Position numbers and translations under genes: made by a program. A stretch of 64,000 bases of DNA, taken from the NCBI GenBank assembly GCA_963711835.1, contig CAVQFQ010000009.1, forward strand, positions 1-64,000, written 5' to 3'. Shown piece by piece: positions 10,381 through 19,217 of the stretch (positions within the stretch are counted from its first letter, which is position 1; each line of letters begins with the position of its first letter). Source of the DNA: an uncultured delta proteobacterium (GTDB lineage Bacteria > Desulfobacterota > RBG-13-43-22). The notes under the pieces are model-generated. The model saw only the letters and a program-made list of their open reading frames with translations, had not been told where the DNA came from and searched no databases.

Positions 10381-10639
10381 ATGCCCAAGATACGGAGTTT
10401 AAAACAAAAAAAGAGGAAAGGGAATTCTGGACCACCCATTCTTCAGCCGACTATTGGGAGGATATGGAGGAGTCCGGAGACACGTCAAAAGACGCAAACT
10501 TAAAGCGATCTCCCTTAAATTGGATCCCGGTTTATTAGGAAGGATAAGGGTTGTCGCCCATAAGAGGGGACTTTCTTATAATGCGATGATGCGCTATCTT
10601 CTATCCAAAGGAATCGAGAGGGAAATTAAAGAACTTTAG
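10381..10639 (+). pseudogene. BrnA/CopG-family antitoxin, frameshifted
   Basis: EEREFWTTHSSADYW in one frame, ISLKLDPGLL.RIR.VA.KRGLSY in another. Confidence 0.7.
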
Positions 10640-10891
10640 GCCTCTACGCCCTGGCCCGGCCCTCCTCCGAATTTTAAGAGGAGTTTTCTTTGCCGGCCTC
10701 TCACCGGCAAAGAAAAATTTAGTTTCTTTGCGATCTTTGCACCTCCAAGGCCTGGTTGGCAGGAAATAAATGCCTTAGGCACCTGGGAGTATCTTCGTTT
10801 ATGATTGAGGGGGAGGGGGTCCGGGACATGGTCACGATTTTCCTGCCGGTCATCCTGCGCCAGTAAGGGGCAGGGCATTTCCGGTCACCTT

Positions 10892-11551
10892 TTACCTTAA
10901 ATCAAACCAGAAGAAAATTATTGGTCCGGCCACACTGCTGGCCGCCACCAGCCAATCCGGCCACCCGAACCGCGGTTCCTGCCGGAAACGGCGGCCCGGG
11001 GCCCCAAAACCCCTGGCCTCCAGGGCCTCGGCCAACTCATCGGCAAACTTGAAGGCCTGAATCAGCAAGGGTCCGGCCAGAGCCGGAAAATAACGGAGGG
11101 TTCCCCAGACCCCTTCCAGGGGGATCCCCCTGGCCCGCTGGGCATCGCGGATTAAGACCGCCCGGCGGATAAGCAGGTCTACGAATTGCATGGAGGCGCT
11201 TAAGACAAAGGCGAAGGCATAAGGAATGCCCCATTTGATCAGCCCATTGGAAAGGGCTTCCGGGGAGGTGGTTTGAAAGAAAAGAAAAAAGATGGAAGAG
11301 ATATCCAACAGCCTCAAAGCGGCGATCGAAGCGGTGGAAACATCAAAAAACAACCAGGCCACCAGGAAAAAAATCATCAGGGCAAAGCCCAGGGCCTTGA
11401 CCATCTTTAACCAGAGATGATGAAGGCCGAGGAAAAGGGCCGCCCCTAACAGGGCGGCGAGGCTCCCGGCCAGGATCTCCCAGCGATTGGAGGCCACCAT
11501 CAGGCAGGTCATTGACAAGGCGGTTGCCAGTTTAGATCGCGGATCAAGCAT
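10892..11551 (-). CDS. ecfT: ECF transporter transmembrane T component
   Basis: LDPRSKL start, AQRARG and ALEARGF ARG motifs. Confidence 0.88.
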   Translation of the reverse strand: MLDPRSKLATALSMTCLMVASNRWEILAGSLAALLGAALFLGLHHLWLKMVKALGFALMIFFLVAWLFFDVSTASIAALRLLDISSIFFLFFQTTSPEALSNGLIKWGIPYAFAFVLSASMQFVDLLIRRAVLIRDAQRARGIPLEGVWGTLRYFPALAGPLLIQAFKFADELAEALEARGFGAPGRRFRQEPRFGWPDWLVAASSVAGPIIFFWFDLR

Positions 11552-13203
11552 TGGGCTTCTTTTTTTCCCTTGCTTGGTCAAGGGCTTTGAGAAGTTGAAA
11601 GGCCGAGGTCGGACGAAGTCCGGCCTCCATCATGACTTTTTCTTCGGCCATGATGTTTTCCGGGGAATTGTCGGCGATTATTTTCCCTCCGGCTAAAACC
11701 AGCCAGCGGTCAGCCTGCTCGGCCGCAAACTCAAGGTCATGGGTCACCAGTAAGACGGTCTTCCCCTCTTCCCGAAGTAAAGCAATCAAGGCCGCTAATT
11801 CCTGCCGGAAGAAATCATCCTGACCGGCCGTCGGCTCATCCAAGATTAGAAGATCCGGCCGGATAGACAGGGCCGAAGCAAAGGAAACCCGTTTTTTTTC
11901 ACCTTCGCTTAATTGAAAAGGGGACCGCTCCAAAAGGGAGCTCAGGTTAAATCGGTCAAAAAGGGCCGCCAACCAGGTCGGATCATAGGCCTTGAGGGCT
12001 TTTGGTCCGGTCAGGATCTCCTTCCGGACCGAGGTCTGAAAAAGCTGGTCATTGGGATTCTGCCAGGCAAAGCCAACGTTTCGAGCCAGTTCGGCAACCC
12101 GGTGAAAGCGGGTATCTTTGCCCAGGACCGTTACCCTTCCCCGCTTGGGTTTCAGCAAGCCGTTAAGATGTTTGAGCAGAGTGGTTTTACCGGCGCCGTT
12201 CCTTCCCACCAAGGCCACGCATTGGCCCTCGGCCAAGCGGAAATCAAGGCCTCGAAGGACCGGGTTCCCTTCATAGTCGAAATGGAGATCTTCCACCTCC
12301 AGCACTGTTTTGGCCGAGGGGTCTTGGCCGGCTGGTTGCTTTCGCTGCAGCTGGCTAAGAATCCGGTCCGGCCCGCAGGAGGTGGCGGCCTCCTGGTCCA
12401 GTAAAACATCCCTGGCCTCCTCAATAGTCAGCGGGCTCTCGCTTCGGCCCAAGAGACGGAAGAGCTTTATCAGCGGCGGCAGATGAAGTCCAGACCCGGA
12501 AAGGGATTCAGTCACGACTTTTTTCTGAGGGCCGTCGGCCGCTATCCGCCCTTGATGCAGAAGGACCAACCGATCCGCTTCGGCAACGATTTCATGAAGG
12601 CGATGCTCGACCACTACCAGGGTCAACCCTTCTGCCCGAAGCCCCCTTAAGATCCTTCGTAGGGCTTCCGCCCCTTCCGGGTCGAGGTGGGTAAAGGGTT
12701 CATCGAGCAGCAGCAGGGCCGGGCGCAGGGCCACTATAGCCGCCAGGGCCACCCGTTGCTTTTCTCCCCCGGAGAGGGTTTGAGGAGCCCTGTCCCGGAT
12801 GGCCTCCGATCCCGGTCAAGTCCGCGGCCCAGGCCATTCGTTTCCGGATCTCAGCAGCCGGAAGCCCTAAACTTTCCAGGCCATAAGCCAATTCCGCTTC
12901 AACCGTCCGGTTGAAGAGCTGGGCTTCGGTGTTCTGGAAGACCAGACCGGCCTGCGAAAAAAGGCGATGAACCGGATGATGGCGGGTATTCAATCCATTG
13001 ACAACCACCTGGCCGATCAGTTCACCGCCATGAAAATGGGGGATCAACCCGGTGCAAACCCGGCAAAAGGTGGATTTGCCGCTTCCGCTGGGTCCGGCTA
13101 TCAGAACGGTTTCTCCTTTGGAAACCGTCAGGGTCAGGTCCTCCAAGGTCCAGGCCCGGAGTCCCGGATAACGGTAAGAGAGTCCTTCGATCGTCAGGAT
13201 CAT
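11544..13203 (-). CDS. ECF transporter ATPase with duplicated ABC domains (frameshift ~12790-12810)
   Basis: GPSGSGKST in 13203 frame; LLLLDEPF, GRNGAGKTT, LSEGEKKR, LDEPTAGQD in second frame. Confidence 0.85.
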
Positions 13204-13211
13204 CAGCGGTT

Positions 13212-13709
13212 TTAGTGCTTGGAGCCCAGTTGGACCAGCCCCGCCCGGTTAAGGAGTTTTAAGGCCAGGATACCCAGGATGGAGCCCACGATGGTGCTGC
13301 CTGAAAAGGCCAGGATCAAAACCCCAAGGGCCATCGGTTTTCCCATAAAAACGGGGGCGACCATCAGGGCGCTTACGATTGCCCCCAAAAGCCCGCTTCC
13401 AATCACTTCCCCCAGGGCGCCCAGATATAGGTTGCGGGTCAGGGCATAGAGCCCACCGGCCAGAAAGGCCCCGATCATGCCTCCCGGAAAGGCCAAAAGG
13501 GTTCCGGTCCCGAGAACATTGCGGAGAATCCCGGTAATGAGGGCCGCTCCGGCAGCCCACCAAGGCCCCAGCATGATGGCAGCCAGGACGTTGACAAAAT
13601 GCTGGGTGGGGTTGATCCTGGCGATGCCTATCGGGATGCTGGTAAAAGGAGAAAGGGCCACCCCGATGGCTATGAGAATAATAGCCCGGGCCGCCGTCCT
13701 GGTTTCCAT
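13212..13709 (-). CDS. thiW: ECF S component ThiW (thiazole transporter)
   Basis: PTQHFVNVLAAIMLGP, GTGTLLAFPGGMIGA, GEVIGSG. Confidence 0.92.
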   Translation of the reverse strand: METRTAARAIILIAIGVALSPFTSIPIGIARINPTQHFVNVLAAIMLGPWWAAGAALITGILRNVLGTGTLLAFPGGMIGAFLAGGLYALTRNLYLGALGEVIGSGLLGAIVSALMVAPVFMGKPMALGVLILAFSGSTIVGSILGILALKLLNRAGLVQLGSKH

Positions 13710-13722
13710 GGAATCCGACCTT

Positions 13723-14525
13723 TCACGAAAAGATTTTGGCTCCGGCCTGAAGTTGGGCCGGGGTTATATGATAGAGGGCATCCATGAAGGCCGGTTTGAA
13801 GCTGCCCGGGCCCTGAGAAACAGCGGCCGCCTTTTCACCCGCCAGGCCGAAAAAGGCCAAGGCCGCCACGGCCGCTCTCAAGCGATCCGAGTCAACAGCC
13901 GTAAAAGCCGCCATGACGGCTGAAAGCATGCAGCCCATACCGGTGAGCCGGCTCATCAGCGGGTGGCCGTTCCCGATTCTCAAAACCTCATCCGCCCAAG
14001 CCACCAGATCCACCGCCCCGCTGGCCGCCGTCACCGCCCGGCTGCTTTGGGCCAGGGCCGCTGCGGCCTTGAAAAGGTCGGGCGGACCGGAGGCCGCTTC
14101 AATGCCCCGAAGCTCCCCCCCTGGCCGGCCAGGCAGCCGATTTCCGCGCTGTTGCCCTTGATAACGGTTAGGGAAATCTCATTGAGAATGGTCCGGGCCG
14201 CTTCCATCCGCAACCGCGAACCGCCGACGCCCACCGGATCAAAAAGCACCGGTTTCCCCAGGATATTGGCTTGACGGCCTGCCAGCAGCATGGCTTTTAT
14301 TTTATCCGGGGACGGGGTGCCCAGGTTAAGGACCAGGGCATCGGCCCGGGAAACGATTTCAGCGACCTCCTCCTGGGCACAGGCCAGGATGGGCCGGGCG
14401 CCCGCGGCCTGGAGACAATTGGCTACATCGTTGGCCGTAACCCAATTGGTGATGGCGTGTACAACCGGCCGGCTCCGGCGGACTTCTTCAAGGTTCCGGC
14501 CCAGGTCAGTGACCGTTAAAGGCAT
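13723..14525 (-). CDS. thiM: Hydroxyethylthiazole kinase (frameshift in C run ~14115)
   Basis: VHAITNWVTANDVAN, LNLGT, FDPVGVG, IKGNSAEI; second frame GHPLMSRLTGMGC, GPGSF. Confidence 0.9.
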
Positions 14526-14572
14526 TGGTTCGAGTTCCTTCCCGGTATTTTTCCCGCCTTCCTGAAAGAGAA

Positions 14573-14597
14573 TAAAAAAAACGGCCCCGAAGGGCCG
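14573..14597 (-). terminator. Intrinsic terminator, expression platform of the TPP riboswitch
   Basis: Minus strand CGGCCC-TTCG-GGGCCG followed by T run. Confidence 0.8.
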
Positions 14598-14613
14598 GCG
14601 GTTTTTCTGTCTT

Positions 14614-14710
14614 CTGTCGTTCCCTTCGCTGGCATTACCCAGATCAGGTTCGGCGGGTCGGCAATACTCTCCTCGCCCTCTCAGCCGGCCCCCCGGCTCC
14701 CCGCGACAAC
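14614..14710 (-). ncRNA. TPP (THI-box) riboswitch
   Basis: Minus strand GGGGAGCC..GGCTGAGAG..ACCCGCCGAACCTGATCTGGGTAATGCCAGCGAAGGGAA upstream of thiM. Confidence 0.95.
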
Positions 14711-14990
14711 CATTTCCATTTTCCTTCACTATAGGCCAGGCTCAGAATGATGTCAAGAACCGGGTCCCGGACCAGCCCCCTTTTTAGAAAATCATTGTCT
14801 CAAAAAGATCCGAGAGCCTTTTTCTCCTTGACCCCCATGCCAGTCCTATTTATACTCCTGGCAATCGAAAGCCGGTATTTCTTGACCAACCCCCCTGGCG
14901 GGGACCGGGAGGCTTGCCTGATCCGGTCCGACGGGCTGAAACCGGCCCGTTCCCTGGTCATCCCCGGCGCTCTAAAGCGCCGGCCTGAAG

Positions 14991-15980
14991 ATGAATGCCA
15001 CCGATTTGATCTCAGGAATAAACGAAACATCTTGTCTCATGCCGACTTCAAGCCCCCATAAAGCTGAAGCCCCCAGCCGGTTCCGTGAGGTTCAGCACAC
15101 TCTCCTTATGCGAGCCCTGATAAGGGCTTTTGTGCGTTCGACCGGATTCCTGCCGGTCTGGTTCATGCAAGCCTTGGCCGTACTCTTCGTTTTGCCGGTG
15201 GCCGTTCCCCTGACCCTTAAGAACTTCCGGGGGATGATGAGGAACATGCGCCGGATGGAGCCCCAAGGCTCCCGGCTCGGGACCGTCTTCAGGGCCTGGT
15301 CCGTGTACAAAAATTACTCCTATTATCTTATCGACCTGCTCTATCTGAGCCACAGCCCGGAGCGCTTGCGGGAATATACCCTGACGAAAATCGGCTCCGA
15401 GAATTTAGGTAAAGCCCTGGACCTGGGTAAAGGCGTTATCCTGCTGACCACCCATTTGGGCAATTGGGAAATAGGCGGAAAGGCCTTCGGGGAAAGGGGC
15501 AGGAAAATCCATATGGTTTATGCACCCGACAGCTCCGACCTGTTTGAGCAGCAGAGAAAACTGATGCGCGGTCAGAAAGGCGTCCAGAGTCTAGCCTTAA
15601 AGCCCGGGGAGATGGCCGCCCTGGAACTCTATCGACTGTTAAAATGTGGGGAGTGTATCGCCATGCAGGGCGACCGCCTGCAGTTCGACCGGGGCGTTTC
15701 GGTTCCCTTTTTCGGTGCTCCGGCTACCTTTCCCCAGGGCATGGTGCGCATCGCCCAGCTTTCGGGGAGCCCGATCGTCCCTATTTTTATTCCCAGGAAG
15801 GGCTATAAAGCCTACGATGTGATCATCGAAGCGCCGCTCCGAATGGACCCTAAACAGGGCCTGGCCGATAATCTTACTCACATAGTTTCCGTTTTCGAAC
15901 GCCATATCGGCCGCTACAAGACCCAATGGTATACCTTTATCCCCTTCTGGGATGAAGACCAGGAAAGGCCTGGCCCTTGA
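14991..15980 (+). CDS. Lysophospholipid acyltransferase, LpxL/HtrB-like (start uncertain)
   Basis: GKGVILLTTHLGNWE, MQGDR, VPFFG..ATFPQG, PIVP, QWY.F..FW. Confidence 0.85.
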   Translation: MNATDLISGINETSCLMPTSSPHKAEAPSRFREVQHTLLMRALIRAFVRSTGFLPVWFMQALAVLFVLPVAVPLTLKNFRGMMRNMRRMEPQGSRLGTVFRAWSVYKNYSYYLIDLLYLSHSPERLREYTLTKIGSENLGKALDLGKGVILLTTHLGNWEIGGKAFGERGRKIHMVYAPDSSDLFEQQRKLMRGQKGVQSLALKPGEMAALELYRLLKCGECIAMQGDRLQFDRGVSVPFFGAPATFPQGMVRIAQLSGSPIVPIFIPRKGYKAYDVIIEAPLRMDPKQGLADNLTHIVSVFERHIGRYKTQWYTFIPFWDEDQERPGP

Positions 15981-17272
15981 AGCTGAAGCTTATCTTTCCC
16001 GACCTGGGACACTTTCCCCTGGTCTACCGTCGCACCCTGCCGGTGCTGGCGCCGGCCGTCCTGGCGGCCTTGACTCCTTCCGAGGTCGAGATATCCTTTA
16101 CCGATGAACGCTTGAATAGCGTAGATCCCGATGAAGACTGCGACCTGGCAGCCATCTCGGTCATGACCCCCCAGTCCGGGCGGGCCTATGAGCTTTCCCG
16201 TCTCTACCGGCAAAAAGGCATCCCGGTGGTTCTGGGAGGGGTGCATGTCTCTCTTCTGCCCGATGAGGCCGGAAAGCAGGCCGACGCCATTGTCATCGGT
16301 GAAGCCGAAGAGGTCTGGCCCAAGGTCATCGAGGACTTTCGCCGGGGGAAGCTTCAAAAGGTCTACCGTTGTGAAACCCCGCCGGAGAAGGTCCCTTTCC
16401 CCCGCTGGGATATTTTTGACCGCGATCTCTATATCCCGCTGCACTCGGTCCAGGTGGCCAGGGGCTGTCCCGTAAATTGCGATCTCTGCTCCGTTCCGCA
16501 GACCTTCGGGCGGGAATTTCGTCTCTTTAACCTGGAGGCCGTGCTGGAGAACATGGCCAAACTGGACCGCTACCTCTTCCTGGTAAACGACAACCTCCAT
16601 CTGGCTAAGCGCCGCACCCGGCCCTTGTTCGAGAGGCTGGCCGATCTGGATAAGGAATGGGTCGGTCTGGCCTCGCTGTCCTTTGCCGAGGATGCGGATT
16701 ATTTAAGACTTCTGAGGAAGAGCCATTGCTGGGCCATGTATGTGGATCTCAGTCCCTGGGTCTCGGCCGGTTTGAACCAGGTCATCGAGGGGGTGGAGGT
16801 CCGGCGCGCCGGGGAGTACCTGAACCGCGTCCGGGACCAAGGCATTAAGGTCATCGCCTCTTTTGTCTTTGGTTTCGACCACGACCAGAAAGACATTTTT
16901 GAAAAGACCGTGGCCTTTGCCAAGGGCAACCAACTGGCCGAGGCGGAGTTCCATATCCTGACCCCCTACCCCAGGAGCAGGCTCCATACCCGATTGGAAA
17001 GCGAGGGCCGGCTGTTAAAAAAGGATTTTTCCACCTATACCGCGGGCGCGGTCGTCTTTAAGCCCAGGAATATGACGGCCCAGGAACTGCTTGAAGGGTA
17101 TCTCCGGGCCTGGCGGGATTTTTATCAGGGGTCTGAAATAGTTGAAACCCAAAGCGGTCCGGTGATAAAATCTTATGATTGTTTCCCCATTTCGCCGGAG
17201 GAAATAGATCATAACCGGGGTCCGGCCTGGCTCGACACCATTATTGAAAAGAAATTTTTTGGACCGGGTTAG
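15977..17272 (+). CDS. B12-binding domain radical SAM protein
   Basis: VVLGGVHVS, VIGEAE, RGCPVNCDLC (CxxxCxxC), FVFGFDHD, LTPYP; TTGA overlap with acyltransferase. Confidence 0.9.
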   Translation: MKLKLIFPDLGHFPLVYRRTLPVLAPAVLAALTPSEVEISFTDERLNSVDPDEDCDLAAISVMTPQSGRAYELSRLYRQKGIPVVLGGVHVSLLPDEAGKQADAIVIGEAEEVWPKVIEDFRRGKLQKVYRCETPPEKVPFPRWDIFDRDLYIPLHSVQVARGCPVNCDLCSVPQTFGREFRLFNLEAVLENMAKLDRYLFLVNDNLHLAKRRTRPLFERLADLDKEWVGLASLSFAEDADYLRLLRKSHCWAMYVDLSPWVSAGLNQVIEGVEVRRAGEYLNRVRDQGIKVIASFVFGFDHDQKDIFEKTVAFAKGNQLAEAEFHILTPYPRSRLHTRLESEGRLLKKDFSTYTAGAVVFKPRNMTAQELLEGYLRAWRDFYQGSEIVETQSGPVIKSYDCFPISPEEIDHNRGPAWLDTIIEKKFFGPG

Positions 17273-17320
17273 ATTCTCACAACTTTACTCTGAGAATTTA
17301 TTTCTAACTTTCCAAAATTA

Positions 17321-17480
17321 GGTGGTGGTGGGCCCTATTTTTTATGTTGTCCAAAGGGTGACTAAGAGCCCCTAATCCGGCCCGAATAACTAAATTTATT
17401 TTATAGCAGGGCCTTCATCCCGCCGAGGCGGGACTCATGGCTTGGGGGTGGACAACTTAAAAAATAGGACCCCCCTACAC
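17321..17480. mobile_element. MITE-like element with 20-bp terminal inverted repeats
   Basis: CCTATTTTTTATGTTGTCCA (17334-17353) / TGGACAACTTAAAAAATAGG (17449-17468), 19/20. Confidence 0.55.
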
Positions 17481-17594
17481 CATTTCATCAGGACTTTAAA
17501 AAAAATTTCAAATATCTTTTGGTTAGATTTATACTGGTTGGGAGAAGAACCCGTTAGTCAAACGGGCGGTTCGGGATAAAAGGAAGGAGCCTCC

Positions 17595-19196
17595 ATGCCT
17601 TTAGATTTCAGGGAAGTATGCGACCAGCTCAGCACCGGGGTGGCCGTTTATGAGGCCCGGGACGACGGAAAAGACTTCGTCTTCGTAGACTTCAACCGCG
17701 GGGCGGAACGGATTGATAAAATCCGGAAAGAGGTCCTCCTGGGGAAGAGCGTCCTGGAGGTTTTTCCTCAGATCCGGCAATTCGGATTGTTTGACGTGTT
17801 CCAGCGGGTTTGGAGAACCGGTTGCCCCGAGCAGCATCCGATTCGTATCTATCAGGACGAACGGATCACCGGCTGGCGGGAAAACTACGTCTGCCGGCTG
17901 GCTTCCGGAGAAATCCTGGCCATTTATGATGACCTCACCCAGCGCCGGCAAAGCGAGGAAGCCCTGAAAGAATCGGAAAGCCTCTATCGGGCCCTGGTTG
18001 AACTCTCCAATGACGGCATCGCTTTGGTTCAGGGGGAAAAACATATCTATGTCAATCAAAAGATGGTGGATATTTTCGGATACGACCAGCCGGATGAAAT
18101 CATCGGCCAACCCATTTCCCTGCTGATCCATCCCGAGGATTTCGAGCGGGTTTCGGGTATCAACCGGAAAAGGCAAGAGGGCCTGCCGGTTCCGGAACGC
18201 TATGACTTTAAAGGGATTCGAAAAGACGGACGACCGGTTTTCATAGAGATCTCGGCCAGCAAGGTCACCTACCGGGGAGAAGCGGTCTCCCTGGTCTTTA
18301 TGCGGGATGTGACCGGCCGAAAGGAAGCCGAGGAAAAGTTACGGCAGGCCGGTGAGGAATGGCAGCAGACCTTCGATTCCATGAGTGACGGGGTTTCCCT
18401 GCATGCCGTAGACGGAACGGTCATCAAAATCAACCAGGCCTTAGGCAGGCTGCTAAAGATATCCCCGGAGGCTATCCGGGGGAAAAAGTGTTACCAGATT
18501 TTCCATCACCAATCAGGGCCGATTGAAGGATGCCCGATGCTCAGAAGCGTGCTTTCCAAAACGCCGGAGGTCCAGGAAATTTTTGAACCCTCGCTGAGTA
18601 TCTGGCTTTCTATTGTCTGTTCCCCACTGTTTAATGAAACCGGTCAGGTCACCGGAGTGGCCCATGTCGTCCGCGATGTCACCGATCGCAAGAGAGAGGA
18701 GGAAGAACTGCGGGCCCTCTCCCTGATTGATGAACTCACCGGCCTGAATAACCGCCGGGGATTTATCACCCTGGCCGACCACGCCTTAAAAACCGCCCGC
18801 CGGATGAAAAGGAACATGTGGCTGCTCTTTGCCGACCTGGACGGACTCAAGAAAATCAACGATGAATTCGGTCATCTGGAAGGGGATCGGGTCCTCATGG
18901 AAACAGCGGCTATTTTTAATAAGACCTTCCGGGAGTCGGATATTTTAGGCCGATTCGGAGGAGATGAATTTGTGGTCTTAGGCATGGGAACGGTCGAGGC
19001 CACCTCGGAAATGATTACCAATCGGTTACGCCAGGTCTTAAAGGATCATAATGCCCGGAAGGATCACCCTTATGCCCTTTCCCTCAGCCTGGGCTTTTCC
19101 CTGTTCGATCCCAAATTTCCCGTATCGGTCGAAGACCTCCTCTCCCAGGCCGATCATCAGATGTATCAGGACAAACGCAAAAAAGCCCTGGCTTAA
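17595..19196 (+). CDS. PAS-PAS-PAS diguanylate cyclase
   Basis: DELTGLNNRR, DLDGLKKINDEFGH, RESD I-site, GGDEF. Confidence 0.93.
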   Translation: MPLDFREVCDQLSTGVAVYEARDDGKDFVFVDFNRGAERIDKIRKEVLLGKSVLEVFPQIRQFGLFDVFQRVWRTGCPEQHPIRIYQDERITGWRENYVCRLASGEILAIYDDLTQRRQSEEALKESESLYRALVELSNDGIALVQGEKHIYVNQKMVDIFGYDQPDEIIGQPISLLIHPEDFERVSGINRKRQEGLPVPERYDFKGIRKDGRPVFIEISASKVTYRGEAVSLVFMRDVTGRKEAEEKLRQAGEEWQQTFDSMSDGVSLHAVDGTVIKINQALGRLLKISPEAIRGKKCYQIFHHQSGPIEGCPMLRSVLSKTPEVQEIFEPSLSIWLSIVCSPLFNETGQVTGVAHVVRDVTDRKREEEELRALSLIDELTGLNNRRGFITLADHALKTARRMKRNMWLLFADLDGLKKINDEFGHLEGDRVLMETAAIFNKTFRESDILGRFGGDEFVVLGMGTVEATSEMITNRLRQVLKDHNARKDHPYALSLSLGFSLFDPKFPVSVEDLLSQADHQMYQDKRKKALA

Positions 19197-19217
19197 ACTC
19201 CAACCGAAGGAGAAAAA

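Noticed and set aside
14031-14729. 232-aa ORF with long N-terminal extension on thiM
   Set aside because: The extension simply reads through the TPP riboswitch and terminator; the real start is probably 14525
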